Counted from the stretch's first letter, positions 1 to 8,514 are shown. The stretch: DNA of 41,465 nucleotides from an uncultured Thermococci archaeon (GCA_964549615.1 CAZJVP010000066.1:1-41465); one strand, 5' to 3'. Translations and numbers: made by a program. The notes: a model not told the origin generated them from the letters alone.

Positions 1-99
1 ATCCTTTGCCTTCCTGAGAACCAGAACAGAGATGATCGCCGCGAGGGATGCTAGGAAGCAGGAGATTCCAGCGAAAGCAAGGATGAGCTCTTCGTTCAT
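1..99 (-). CDS. N-terminal fragment of a membrane-anchored hypothetical protein (runs off the window)
   Basis: Not in the ORF track. Manual translation from ATG at 99 gives MNEELILAFAGISCFLASLAAIISVLVLRKAKD (hydrophobic helix then basic residues). TATA-like TTTTAAT lies on the minus strand about 30 nt upstream. Confidence 0.75.
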   Translation of the reverse strand, partial: MNEELILAFAGISCFLASLAAIISVLVLRKAKD

Positions 100-126
100 T
101 ATGTTTTGACGCACGGAAGGTCGGGA

Positions 127-2625
127 TTAAAATCTATCTGGAGCCCAGCCCTGAATGCGCGATCGTTTGCCGATCTGCCGGCAAAGGATGCACAGCGGCA
201 GGACAGCGGCCGCAAGGCCTACCTCCGATATTGCCAACGCGATGTCGTCGAGGTATATCGTCCCAGCTCCCGTCACGATGATCTTCAGAGATTCGACCCT
301 GGAACCAAAGACCCACCCCATGTCTGAAACTGGGACGTACAATCGCGTCCACTGCCCAGGCGCGAGAGTCACGCTCTGTGTCTTCAGGATCGAGACCGCT
401 TTCCCAGCCCCGGTTCCCGTCTTCGTTATCTGGATGTCCGTGAGGATCGCGGTGCCCGGGTTGACGGAGAGCAAGAGGTACTCATACTCCCACCACGCCA
501 CCGCCCAGGGGTCGGGGCTGAAATACTGAAGGATTCCCGTGCCGCTGAACGTGACCTTCTGACACGTGCCCTGGTTCACATAGTCCGTCGAGGACAGCTC
601 AACGGTCGCGCGGGTTGACTGTGCGCCCCAGTCGGGCTCCAAGCCGTCCTGGTAGATCTTCAGATCCGCCCTTGGCCGCTCGCAGCTCGGGACGTTTTCA
701 AGGACGAACAGGTCAGTGCCCCTTGCGAAGTAGATCCGACCGTCATGGCCGAATGCAAGGTCTACCCCGCCCGAGTAGAGTTGCTCGATCCCGATCTCCT
801 CTCCGGGCCGCGAGATGGGCTTGAGCCTAAAGAGGCTCGCGCTGCTGATCCCATAGATTAGGCCATCCCTCCCGGCGATCGTCTTGGTTGGGGCTCCAAC
901 GGGCACGCTCTGCTTGTGCACGATCTGATTCGTCGCGGGGTCGTAGATGAAGAGCGTGGAACCGGCGAAGCCGTAGACCTTTCCATCGGGAGCCGTGGCG
1001 AGGGATTGTATCTGAGAGGCACCCGCGACTGGCACGAGGTCAAGGACCAGGCAGCCCCGTTGGGTGTCCCACGCGAAGAAGTGGGCCTCCTTCTCGATCG
1101 GCGTAGCATAGTCGCCGTATATGCTCGAGCCTCCGAAGATCGTGCGGCGATCAAGGCTGGCGGTGAGGGAGACGATGCTCTGGTTGGGCACGATGTGGCG
1201 GTGGACTTCGAAGGCATCCGTTGCGGGATCATAGGAAGACAGCGCTCCACCGAACTTGCCATAAGCCGGGATGCTGCCGATGTAGACCTTGCCGTCTGCG
1301 CCAGCCACCATGGCCGGCGGCCTGTACTGCTCATCGCCGACCGGGCCGATCTTGCGTGGGTTGGAGTCCTTGGATGTCCCCGGAGCCCACGGCTTGGAGG
1401 GGTCGTAGACGCTCAAGACCGAGTACGTGTATGACGCCATGTAGAGCTTTCCCTCGTGTTCTAGGAAGCTATAGAATTCGCCGCTTGCGCCGGGGATCGG
1501 GATGCCGAGGTCAACTAGGTCGCCGCTGGCAGGATCGTACCTGAAGAGGTGAAGAAGGTTGTAGACGCCGCCGTAGATGCAGCCGTCGGGGCCTGTTCCG
1601 AGGCTGAAGATCGCCATGCCCTCCCCGTCCTTTCCCACGTTGACCGAGCTCAGGATCTTTCCGCTCGTGACGTTGCGGGCTTGGAATACTTGGCTATCGC
1701 CACTGTATGCCACTCCCGTCAGGGCATCATAGTATCCGTACCCGCCCGTTTCATAGGGCTCAAGTTGGCGAGTGGCCTTGTTGAAGCGCATGTAGCCGCC
1801 GGGCAGGTTCGTTATCAGCACGGGGCCGCCCGAGATCTGCCTGAAGATGTAGACCCCCTGCCCCTCTGGATGCCGGACCTCCATCAGCAGCTCATACGTC
1901 TCCGCGTCAAAGATGAGCACTATCTGATCGAAGTGCAGGAAGGCGTAGACGATGTTGTCCTCGGAATCCATCGTGTAGGCGAAGGAATTGCCCTTGTAGC
2001 GGTCGGGAAGGATGCTCCTCTTCTCGCCCGTGGAGGGGTCGTAGACGACGATGTCCGCCCGGGACCCTATGCCGCAGAAGACCTTGCCGTTGTCCGCAAC
2101 GGCCAGATCCCTGCAGTACTGCTCGGTTGGGTGCATTCTTCCAAGGTCCTCGATCCTGCCGGTGCGAGGATCGTAGACCACCACTTTGGCGTTGGGATAC
2201 GTTGCGCCGTAGATGCGTCCGTCCGGCCCGCTGTGCAACGTCCAGACATACTGCTCGCCTGCGGCGCTGCCCAGGTCGGTGACCTGTCTTGTGACGGGAT
2301 CGAAGCTGAAGATCCGTCCCGCATCCACCGTGCCGATGTAGATTCTTCCATCAGGTCCCTCGCACAGCCCGTAGGCACCCTTCGTGCCTGGCAGAGGATA
2401 GTACTCGGTCTTGTTCTCCGCGTAGTCAAAGCGAATCAGCCTCGCCCATCCCGTCGTGGTGTAGGTCCCGGAGTAGTAGACCGGCCTTCCGGTCCCCCTG
2501 TCCCTGACGAGCAGGCCGCCCCAGATCGTCATCGACTTCACGGGCGTGCCGAGGTTCCTAGCCGTTGGTTGTCCAGCCGCTGTGGCCAGGAGCAGAAAGG
2601 CCAGCGTTCCGAACGCCAAGCGCAT
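127..2625 (-). CDS. Secreted/surface double beta-propeller protein with C-terminal CBM-like jelly-roll domain and membrane anchor
   Basis: Start moved to ATG 2625 (signal peptide MRLAFGTLAFLLLATAAG; AT-rich box at about 2660-2667). Many GPDG-[RK]-IY-x-G...YDP-x-TG propeller blades. Distal IYQDGL...W...IYLDDIAL domain resembles CBM-type beta-sandwiches. Ends ISE + hydrophobic + basic tail. Confidence 0.75.
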   Translation of the reverse strand: MRLAFGTLAFLLLATAAGQPTARNLGTPVKSMTIWGGLLVRDRGTGRPVYYSGTYTTTGWARLIRFDYAENKTEYYPLPGTKGAYGLCEGPDGRIYIGTVDAGRIFSFDPVTRQVTDLGSAAGEQYVWTLHSGPDGRIYGATYPNAKVVVYDPRTGRIEDLGRMHPTEQYCRDLAVADNGKVFCGIGSRADIVVYDPSTGEKRSILPDRYKGNSFAYTMDSEDNIVYAFLHFDQIVLIFDAETYELLMEVRHPEGQGVYIFRQISGGPVLITNLPGGYMRFNKATRQLEPYETGGYGYYDALTGVAYSGDSQVFQARNVTSGKILSSVNVGKDGEGMAIFSLGTGPDGCIYGGVYNLLHLFRYDPASGDLVDLGIPIPGASGEFYSFLEHEGKLYMASYTYSVLSVYDPSKPWAPGTSKDSNPRKIGPVGDEQYRPPAMVAGADGKVYIGSIPAYGKFGGALSSYDPATDAFEVHRHIVPNQSIVSLTASLDRRTIFGGSSIYGDYATPIEKEAHFFAWDTQRGCLVLDLVPVAGASQIQSLATAPDGKVYGFAGSTLFIYDPATNQIVHKQSVPVGAPTKTIAGRDGLIYGISSASLFRLKPISRPGEEIGIEQLYSGGVDLAFGHDGRIYFARGTDLFVLENVPSCERPRADLKIYQDGLEPDWGAQSTRATVELSSTDYVNQGTCQKVTFSGTGILQYFSPDPWAVAWWEYEYLLLSVNPGTAILTDIQITKTGTGAGKAVSILKTQSVTLAPGQWTRLYVPVSDMGWVFGSRVESLKIIVTGAGTIYLDDIALAISEVGLAAAVLPLCILCRQIGKRSRIQGWAPDRF

Positions 2626-2682
2626 CGTCCTACCCACCGGCCTTGGGTTCGGCCGACCGTTAAATATTCTGCTCATCTTCCC

Positions 2683-4767
2683 TCAGCCGAGCAGGCCGTA
2701 GTACCTGGCCATCCAGTATGGCAGGAGATACCAGGTGCCGTCAAGGGCAGACCTTCCATCCCTTCCCCCATCCAGGGCATGGAGGTTCGCCGCCCACTCG
2801 GTGATCGGCCTCTCATCGGCAGGCAGCGGCTCGAGCGACTGCCCCGGGTGATGGGGGTCTCGCACGATGTCCGACCTGTTGCTGTTTCGCACGGTCCACT
2901 CGATGAGATCCAGCGGGTACTCGGCAAGGGTGTTGATCGCTGCCTCCAAGTCGTGCGGCTCGCCGGTCATCACGGACGTCATGATGTTCCAAAGCGAGTT
3001 GCGCTGGCCTCGGAGCTGCCTCCATGTCCTCTCCAGACTCAGGAGGTATACCTGGCGCGTGTCGGGGTCGTCCTCGTAGAGGAGAAGCGGGAAATAGGCA
3101 AGGTAGGCCAGCCTGTCGTCGTGCCATACCTGGTGGCCGTGAACGGTCTGCCTCTGCTTGACCGTGTTGAGGGCATAATGCTCTTGCTCCACGAGTTCCT
3201 TGTAGCACTCCAGATACTTCTTGCGCCCCGTAAGGTGGTGGGCCGACCTCAGATAGGAAAGCATCTCCAGCGAGTTGAGCCCGCGTTGGGCCCTCCAACG
3301 ATCGTCCTGGTTGAGCTTCTTTGGGGACCAGACCCCCCACGTGGTGGGAAGGCCGTCGTGATCGACGAGGAAGTAGCCGTGTTCGATTATGTGATCCGTG
3401 AGCCGGGCGGCGTAGGAGGCGATCCTTTGCTTCTCGCCCTTTCCCCCGACGAGGTCGAAATAGGTCGTGAGGGCAAAGTAGTGGCCGTCTATCTCGTCGG
3501 AGCTTGTGTCGCCCTTCCACTCCAGTTTCCCGTCCGGAGTGCGATGCCACTCGGGGTGGCCGTCGCCAAAGCCGGGTTCCCCCTCTACCCTGATGGCCCG
3601 GGCGGGGAAGCCGGGGATGCCCGTGACCTCCTCCAGCCTCATCAACGCGTTTAGGGACTCCAGCGCGTTTGCCTTGGCATCCTCCTCGCTGGTCGCCCCG
3701 TACCTGAACGCCTCCGCGGCGATGTATAGGCTCGTCCAAAGGCCGTCATTGTCCGATATGTTGACGCGCCCCGATGCGAGATCGCCCGGAACCGAGAGGG
3801 CACGCTTAGTCACGTAACCCATCCTGGTGTGGTATTTCCTGACGTTTGCCTGGTAGTATAGAGCCTTCTGTTCAAGCGTCATCCTTCGGGCCCGGAGTCT
3901 GGAGACTCCCTCCGCGGTCGCTACTAGGGCCTCGCCCTGTGCGACGGGCAGGATGTCGTTAACGCGGTCGCTGGGCAGCCAGCGCTTGGAGGCGAAGTAC
4001 TTCCACCGCCCCCTTTTCAGCAGGGCGACGCCGGCGTCGCTTCCGAACCAGTACTCTCCCCAGGGAGCAAGCTCCATGCATTTCAGGTCCTCGACGGGGA
4101 GCCCTTCCGTACCCCTTATGGAGCACCACCCGTTGCCGCCGGAATAGACCGAGAGACCCATGTCGGTCGCCACCCAGAGGTGCCCGGCACGATCGGCTCG
4201 AACGCAGCGAGCGTCATTGGACAGAAGGCCTTCCTCCCTGGCTTGGACTACGTACCAGTACAGGCGTTTGCCCTGGAGGAAGAAGAGGCCGCGCGCGGTT
4301 GCTGCAACCGCGGTCCCGTCAGCTAGGCATCGGAAGTCCCTGAGTTGCAGCGCTGCGCCCTCCGCTCTCTTGGCCAGGCTCCACCGGAATCCATCGAAGG
4401 TCCAAAGGCCATCACGGGAGCAAACCCAGAGCTTTCCGCTCACATCGATGTCCCACGCAATGATGCTGCTCGGCTCGGCAAGGGTCGCCCACTTGCCGTC
4501 CCGGTAGATGAGCAGTAGATCGGGGCCGCCGGCCAAGACGCAGCGCTTATAGGGGGCTAGGACCCTCACCTCTCGAGTCGGCCAGTCCTTCTGGGTTCTG
4601 AGCTTCCAGACTCCCTCGTCGAGCACCGATATGCCGGCGTCCGTCCCAGCCCAAACTTTACCCCGTATCCGGGAAAGCACATGTACGGGACCGGGGCCGA
4701 GGCCGGATGAGTCGGCATAGAACTCCCTGGTCCATTGATCGAATTCAATTGGGATCTTGGCGGCCAT
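2683..4767 (-). CDS. Beta-propeller (Reg_prop-like GL-x-S-x-x-V repeats) fused to a helical, probably (alpha/alpha)6 glycoside-hydrolase-like domain; uncharacterised
   Basis: Likely start ATG 4767 (MAAKIPIEF; TTAAAA on minus strand at 4791-4796). Blades LWVATDMGL, EGLLSNDARC, WLPSDRVNDI. C-terminal acidic motifs SDNDGLWT and GDTSSDEIDGH. No signal peptide. Confidence 0.7.
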   Translation of the reverse strand: MAAKIPIEFDQWTREFYADSSGLGPGPVHVLSRIRGKVWAGTDAGISVLDEGVWKLRTQKDWPTREVRVLAPYKRCVLAGGPDLLLIYRDGKWATLAEPSSIIAWDIDVSGKLWVCSRDGLWTFDGFRWSLAKRAEGAALQLRDFRCLADGTAVAATARGLFFLQGKRLYWYVVQAREEGLLSNDARCVRADRAGHLWVATDMGLSVYSGGNGWCSIRGTEGLPVEDLKCMELAPWGEYWFGSDAGVALLKRGRWKYFASKRWLPSDRVNDILPVAQGEALVATAEGVSRLRARRMTLEQKALYYQANVRKYHTRMGYVTKRALSVPGDLASGRVNISDNDGLWTSLYIAAEAFRYGATSEEDAKANALESLNALMRLEEVTGIPGFPARAIRVEGEPGFGDGHPEWHRTPDGKLEWKGDTSSDEIDGHYFALTTYFDLVGGKGEKQRIASYAARLTDHIIEHGYFLVDHDGLPTTWGVWSPKKLNQDDRWRAQRGLNSLEMLSYLRSAHHLTGRKKYLECYKELVEQEHYALNTVKQRQTVHGHQVWHDDRLAYLAYFPLLLYEDDPDTRQVYLLSLERTWRQLRGQRNSLWNIMTSVMTGEPHDLEAAINTLAEYPLDLIEWTVRNSNRSDIVRDPHHPGQSLEPLPADERPITEWAANLHALDGGRDGRSALDGTWYLLPYWMARYYGLLG

Positions 4768-4790
4768 GGGGGCTAGAGCCCGGACCGGGC

Positions 4791-4797
4791 TTTTAAC
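4791..4797 (-). promoter_or_regulatory. Archaeal TATA-like box for the 4767-2683 gene
   Basis: GTTAAAA on the minus strand, 24-30 nt upstream of ATG 4767, in a GC-rich context. Confidence 0.5.
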
Positions 4798-4972
4798 TAT
4801 TGGGTTCCGCCGCCGCATCGGAGGTCGGCCTCGGTACCCCGGTTTCCGATACTGGGAGATCGGGATGCGGGCCTATGGAACGCTTTCATCGCATTCGATG
4901 TGTCGGATAGCCGTCGATATCGACGAGTTTTGAGCAGGCTAATAAGGCGAATGAGAAACTTGATAGGGATGA

Positions 4973-5536
4973 GTGGTCATGTTTCGTAGCCAGTCCGGGG
5001 ACCGAGGTCCCGCGGCTGAAGCTGCTCCTCGGCGATTCCTAGGGCGGTCGAGGAAGCGCGAAGGTATGCCGGCCAAGCCCAAGGCCGCCCCATCCGCGCT
5101 TGGGATGCAGCCAGCGGAGCCCGCGGCGAAGGATCTTGAAGCCCGGCTGAAGCAGGCGACGTTCCCCATGAGAGACAAGGCCAGCCTAATCCGAGCTCTC
5201 GGGGGACCGGGGGCTGAGGTGACGGTGGCAGGCGGCGCTAAGTTCGTTTCCGATGAGGTTGCCGACCTTTGTTTTGCTGAGGTTGACGTCCTGAGAAGCC
5301 CCGAGGATGTCGTGGCGGCCCTAAGCCGGTCGTCCTGGACCCGGGCCGTATTCAGGGCGCTCAATCTTGCGTGGCTTCCGATTCTAGGCCCCGACAGGTT
5401 GTGCAGGCTGGCAGGGCACATCCGGGTCAGGGGCGTTCCAGTCAAGAGCCTGGCGCAGTACCTAGACTATCCCATCTCGTCCACTGCTGAGCTCGTGGAG
5501 AAGCTGGCGCGAGCGAGGCAGTCGTATCGCGGCTAG
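4973..5536 (+). CDS. MTH865-like family protein, apparently two tandem degenerate copies (start may be ATG 5066)
   Basis: LKQATFPMRDKASLIRALGGPG...SPEDVVAAL and LNLAWLPILGPDRL...LDYPISSTAELVEKL resemble the archaeal MTH865 FP-I-x-S-x-x-E-L pattern. Confidence 0.55.
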   Translation: MVMFRSQSGDRGPAAEAAPRRFLGRSRKREGMPAKPKAAPSALGMQPAEPAAKDLEARLKQATFPMRDKASLIRALGGPGAEVTVAGGAKFVSDEVADLCFAEVDVLRSPEDVVAALSRSSWTRAVFRALNLAWLPILGPDRLCRLAGHIRVRGVPVKSLAQYLDYPISSTAELVEKLARARQSYRG

Positions 5537-5824
5537 CCCGCTCGCTGACGGGGGACCAACCACATTTCCCGGGGAGGCCAGCAAGGCGACGGTCAAGAAA
5601 CCGTCTAGCAACACCCTCATAGCGAAGAGGTGGGCGAGGCATGCGGCTTGGGGATTTGTCGTGGGCGTGCACCATTTGATTGGCCGGCAACTAACCGTTC
5701 AGGGATCAATCTGATCCTTGGGCGGGCCGGACGTGAGCACCCCGGCAACGACCCGCGCTGCGGATGAGAAGCAATGAGCGAGCTAGCGACAAGCAAAAGA
5801 CCTAAATCGTAGGCCACAGACAAT

Positions 5825-6103
5825 TTGAGGGCAGAGGGATTAGGTCTGCCGGGCGGGTCTATTGGGACAAATGCCTTGAGGGTAGCGTGCGCTGTTTGGC
5901 TTGTGGTCGTGTTCCTCGGGCTCATGCTGGGGATCCCGTATGTGATCGGCAGGCCGACCAAGACTTCACCACTTGACGACCCCGTGGTCCAGATGTTGTT
6001 TCTCTTGGTCGCAAGCTCCGTCCCGGCGGCGCTGGGCCTGGCTTATGCGACGCACCGCCGGCGCGTTGAGGAGATAGAGGAGTGGATGGAAGGCCTGAGG
6101 TAG
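5825..6103 (+). CDS. Small two-TM membrane hypothetical protein
   Basis: Two hydrophobic segments (VACAVWLVVVFLGLMLGIPYVI; MLFLLVASSVPAALGLAYA), then RRR and an acidic tail. Start uncertain. Confidence 0.65.
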   Translation: MRAEGLGLPGGSIGTNALRVACAVWLVVVFLGLMLGIPYVIGRPTKTSPLDDPVVQMLFLLVASSVPAALGLAYATHRRRVEEIEEWMEGLR

Positions 6104-6214
6104 CTGGCTTCCCCGGCCTTGGCCTGCATATCCGGCTCTGCGGACACTGGCTGGCGGGCAGTAGGCAATCATTTTTCAGCCGGCCGCCGGGGGTGGCGCT
6201 GGAAGGCGTTCGAC

Positions 6215-7267
6215 TTGGACAAGCTAAGGATCGGCATAATCGGACTGGGACGCGGCCGCGACCATGCCCGGAGGGTGGCTGAGTCGCCCAGGTGCGAGCT
6301 CATCGGCATCGCCGACATCGTAGAGGAGGCTGCCCAGAAGGCAGCTGAGGAGCTCAAGGCCCAGGCTTATTACAAGGACTACCGGAAGCTCATCAGGGCA
6401 GGGAATCTCGATGCGGTGATCATCTCTACTCCCAATCACCTTCACGCTCCGATGTCGCTGGCTTGCATGAAGGCGGGGTTGCACGTTCTCGTCGAAAAGC
6501 CGATGTGCAACACGCTGAGGGAAGCCGACGAGATGGTTAGAACGGCCAAGAGAACGAAGAGGAAGCTTCTCGTCGGTTACAACTACCGTTGGAGGCCGGC
6601 CTTCCAGAAGACCAAGGAGATCATATCCACGGGGCAACTTGGCAGACTGCTGTATGCCAACTGCGTCGTGAAAACCTGGCGAGCCAAGTCGTACTACGAG
6701 AGGGCGGCGTGGAGGACCAAGTGGGCGACGCAGGGCGGCGGGGTCCTGATGAACCAAGCGACCCACCATCTGGACTCGCTTTCTTGGTGGATGGGCGAGG
6801 CGAAGATGGTCATAGGGTTCTGTGAGAACCTCTACCATGACATGGAGGTGGAGGACACGGGAAGTGCGTTCATCAAGTTCAAATCTGGGGCGACGCTCAA
6901 CTTCATGGCCAGCACGGCGGTCGAGGGGTCACTTGCGCCTGCCTTCGAGTTCAACGGAACCGATGCCACGCTCTCCTTCGGGCCGACGGGCTTGGTGTTG
7001 AAGGCCAAGGATGCGAAGGAGTGGACGAAAGTGGAGCTCCCCGAGGGCGGGGACACCACGGGCATACAGCTGGACGCATTCCTGGACTGCATCCTCAATG
7101 ACTCGCCTTCCCCAGTTCCCCCTGAAGATGGGCGCAGGGCTCTTGAGCTTTCCCTCGCGATCTACCGCTCCTCGTTCCTCGGACGGCCGGTGACCCTGCC
7201 GCTTCGCAGGGGGCAGAGGATCCACCCACCGACCCGGACGGCGAAGAGGAGATCAGGCCGGGGCTAG
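6215..7267 (+). CDS. Gfo/Idh/MocA family NAD(P)-dependent oxidoreductase
   Basis: Start moved to TTG 6215. Motifs LRIGIIGLG, ISTPNHLH, VLVEKP, GGGVLMNQATH, VED. Confidence 0.92.
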   Translation: MDKLRIGIIGLGRGRDHARRVAESPRCELIGIADIVEEAAQKAAEELKAQAYYKDYRKLIRAGNLDAVIISTPNHLHAPMSLACMKAGLHVLVEKPMCNTLREADEMVRTAKRTKRKLLVGYNYRWRPAFQKTKEIISTGQLGRLLYANCVVKTWRAKSYYERAAWRTKWATQGGGVLMNQATHHLDSLSWWMGEAKMVIGFCENLYHDMEVEDTGSAFIKFKSGATLNFMASTAVEGSLAPAFEFNGTDATLSFGPTGLVLKAKDAKEWTKVELPEGGDTTGIQLDAFLDCILNDSPSPVPPEDGRRALELSLAIYRSSFLGRPVTLPLRRGQRIHPPTRTAKRRSGRG

Positions 7268-8490
7268 ACCGACCTCGTCGTTCCGGCCTGGGTGTACAGC
7301 TTCCTCCTGACCATGAGCGCCCAGAGCAATGAGCCGGACGCAACGCTTGCGCCGCAGATGACGAGGTACTCTATCAGGTAGACCCATAGAAGGACCCTGT
7401 CCTTTGCTTTCAGCACCTCCTGCCGCAGATCCCGGGCACTGGACTTGGCCGTCTCGAGCTCCGAAAGCGCGTCCTCGTAGCTTCCCGACAGATACAACGA
7501 GGTGGCTTCGTCAAGGTGTATGTCTATTCTTCCCAGCTCCCTGCTGAAGGGTGCGGTGTCGGCCCCAAACCTCTCGACCCAGTCCATCAGGGACAGGACC
7601 ACCGATCTCTCCGTCCTGTATTCCCAGAAGGCGTCCCTTGCCTTTGCCACCAGAACGACGTTCTCCGGGAGGGGCCGCCCGGCCGAGTAGAGAATCAGGT
7701 TGGACATGATGTCCATGGCCCACGGATTCTCGGACAACCCGTGGATGCTGGCGTGCACGTTGCCCCACCAGCTGTGGTCAAGATCATCGGCCGCGCACCA
7801 ACAATGCCCCCCTCCGCCCCCGTACCTCCATTCCAGCATCCAGGGGCCGTAGGATCTGGGGACGAGGTTTCCCCACACCGTCGCGCCGAGCCTGGGGGAC
7901 AGGAAGCCGCACCCAATGCCGACCGCATTCTCCACACCCAGTTCAATGAAAGGCGTGAAGACGGGTGGCAAGCCCCTCACGAATTCGACCCTGTAGGATC
8001 TTCCGGTCCAGTCCATGCCGATGTTCTTGCTCATGTCGTGGGGGACGACCATCCCGAGTACGGACGCGGCCACGGAGGGGAACTCTGGGCCGAACGTGAA
8101 GAACGACCCTGCGTATCCGTCTGCGATGGAGTCATACATCTGCTGGGACTGCTTGGCCGAGAACACCGACACGTCCGCGTCTATGAAGAAGATCATCGAG
8201 TACCTGTGAAGATCCTCCTCGGTCCTTGGGAAGTAGAGTTTGACGTACCGCCTCTTCATCTCCTCGGTCAACTGCCCGGCCGGGCCCTCCCTCGTTCTCA
8301 TGGCGACGTACTCAAACAGGGGATCGCTGTTGAAGAGGAGTGGCAGAGGACATTCAAGCGGGAAAACCTCCCCTATGAGGAGCATGTAAAGCTTGGGATC
8401 GGCATCCGGCAGTCGCGATGCGGACCCGGGGCCTTGGGCGAGAACGAGGGCGAGGGCGAGCACCCAGGCTGGCGTGATGCTTCGGCCCAT
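7264..8490 (-). CDS. Membrane-anchored secreted protein, paralogue 1 (GATase-like head + helical stalk + C-terminal TM)
   Basis: Signal peptide; YFPRT...MIFFID...DG pattern of non-catalytic class I GATase-like domains; amphipathic helical segment; TM followed by RRKLY. Clear paralogue at 24961-26187. Confidence 0.8.
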   Translation of the reverse strand: MGRSITPAWVLALALVLAQGPGSASRLPDADPKLYMLLIGEVFPLECPLPLLFNSDPLFEYVAMRTREGPAGQLTEEMKRRYVKLYFPRTEEDLHRYSMIFFIDADVSVFSAKQSQQMYDSIADGYAGSFFTFGPEFPSVAASVLGMVVPHDMSKNIGMDWTGRSYRVEFVRGLPPVFTPFIELGVENAVGIGCGFLSPRLGATVWGNLVPRSYGPWMLEWRYGGGGGHCWCAADDLDHSWWGNVHASIHGLSENPWAMDIMSNLILYSAGRPLPENVVLVAKARDAFWEYRTERSVVLSLMDWVERFGADTAPFSRELGRIDIHLDEATSLYLSGSYEDALSELETAKSSARDLRQEVLKAKDRVLLWVYLIEYLVICGASVASGSLLWALMVRRKLYTQAGTTRSV

Positions 8491-8514
8491 CGTGCCTGGA
8501 GGTCAAGGAGGGGC

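Noticed and set aside
1549-3654. 701-aa plus-strand ORF
   Set aside because: Antisense shadow of two motif-rich minus-strand genes. It has no recognisable motifs, and long shadow ORFs are expected at this GC content.
2813-3739. 308-aa minus-strand alternative-frame ORF
   Set aside because: Arg/Gly/Pro-rich off-frame translation inside a real gene.
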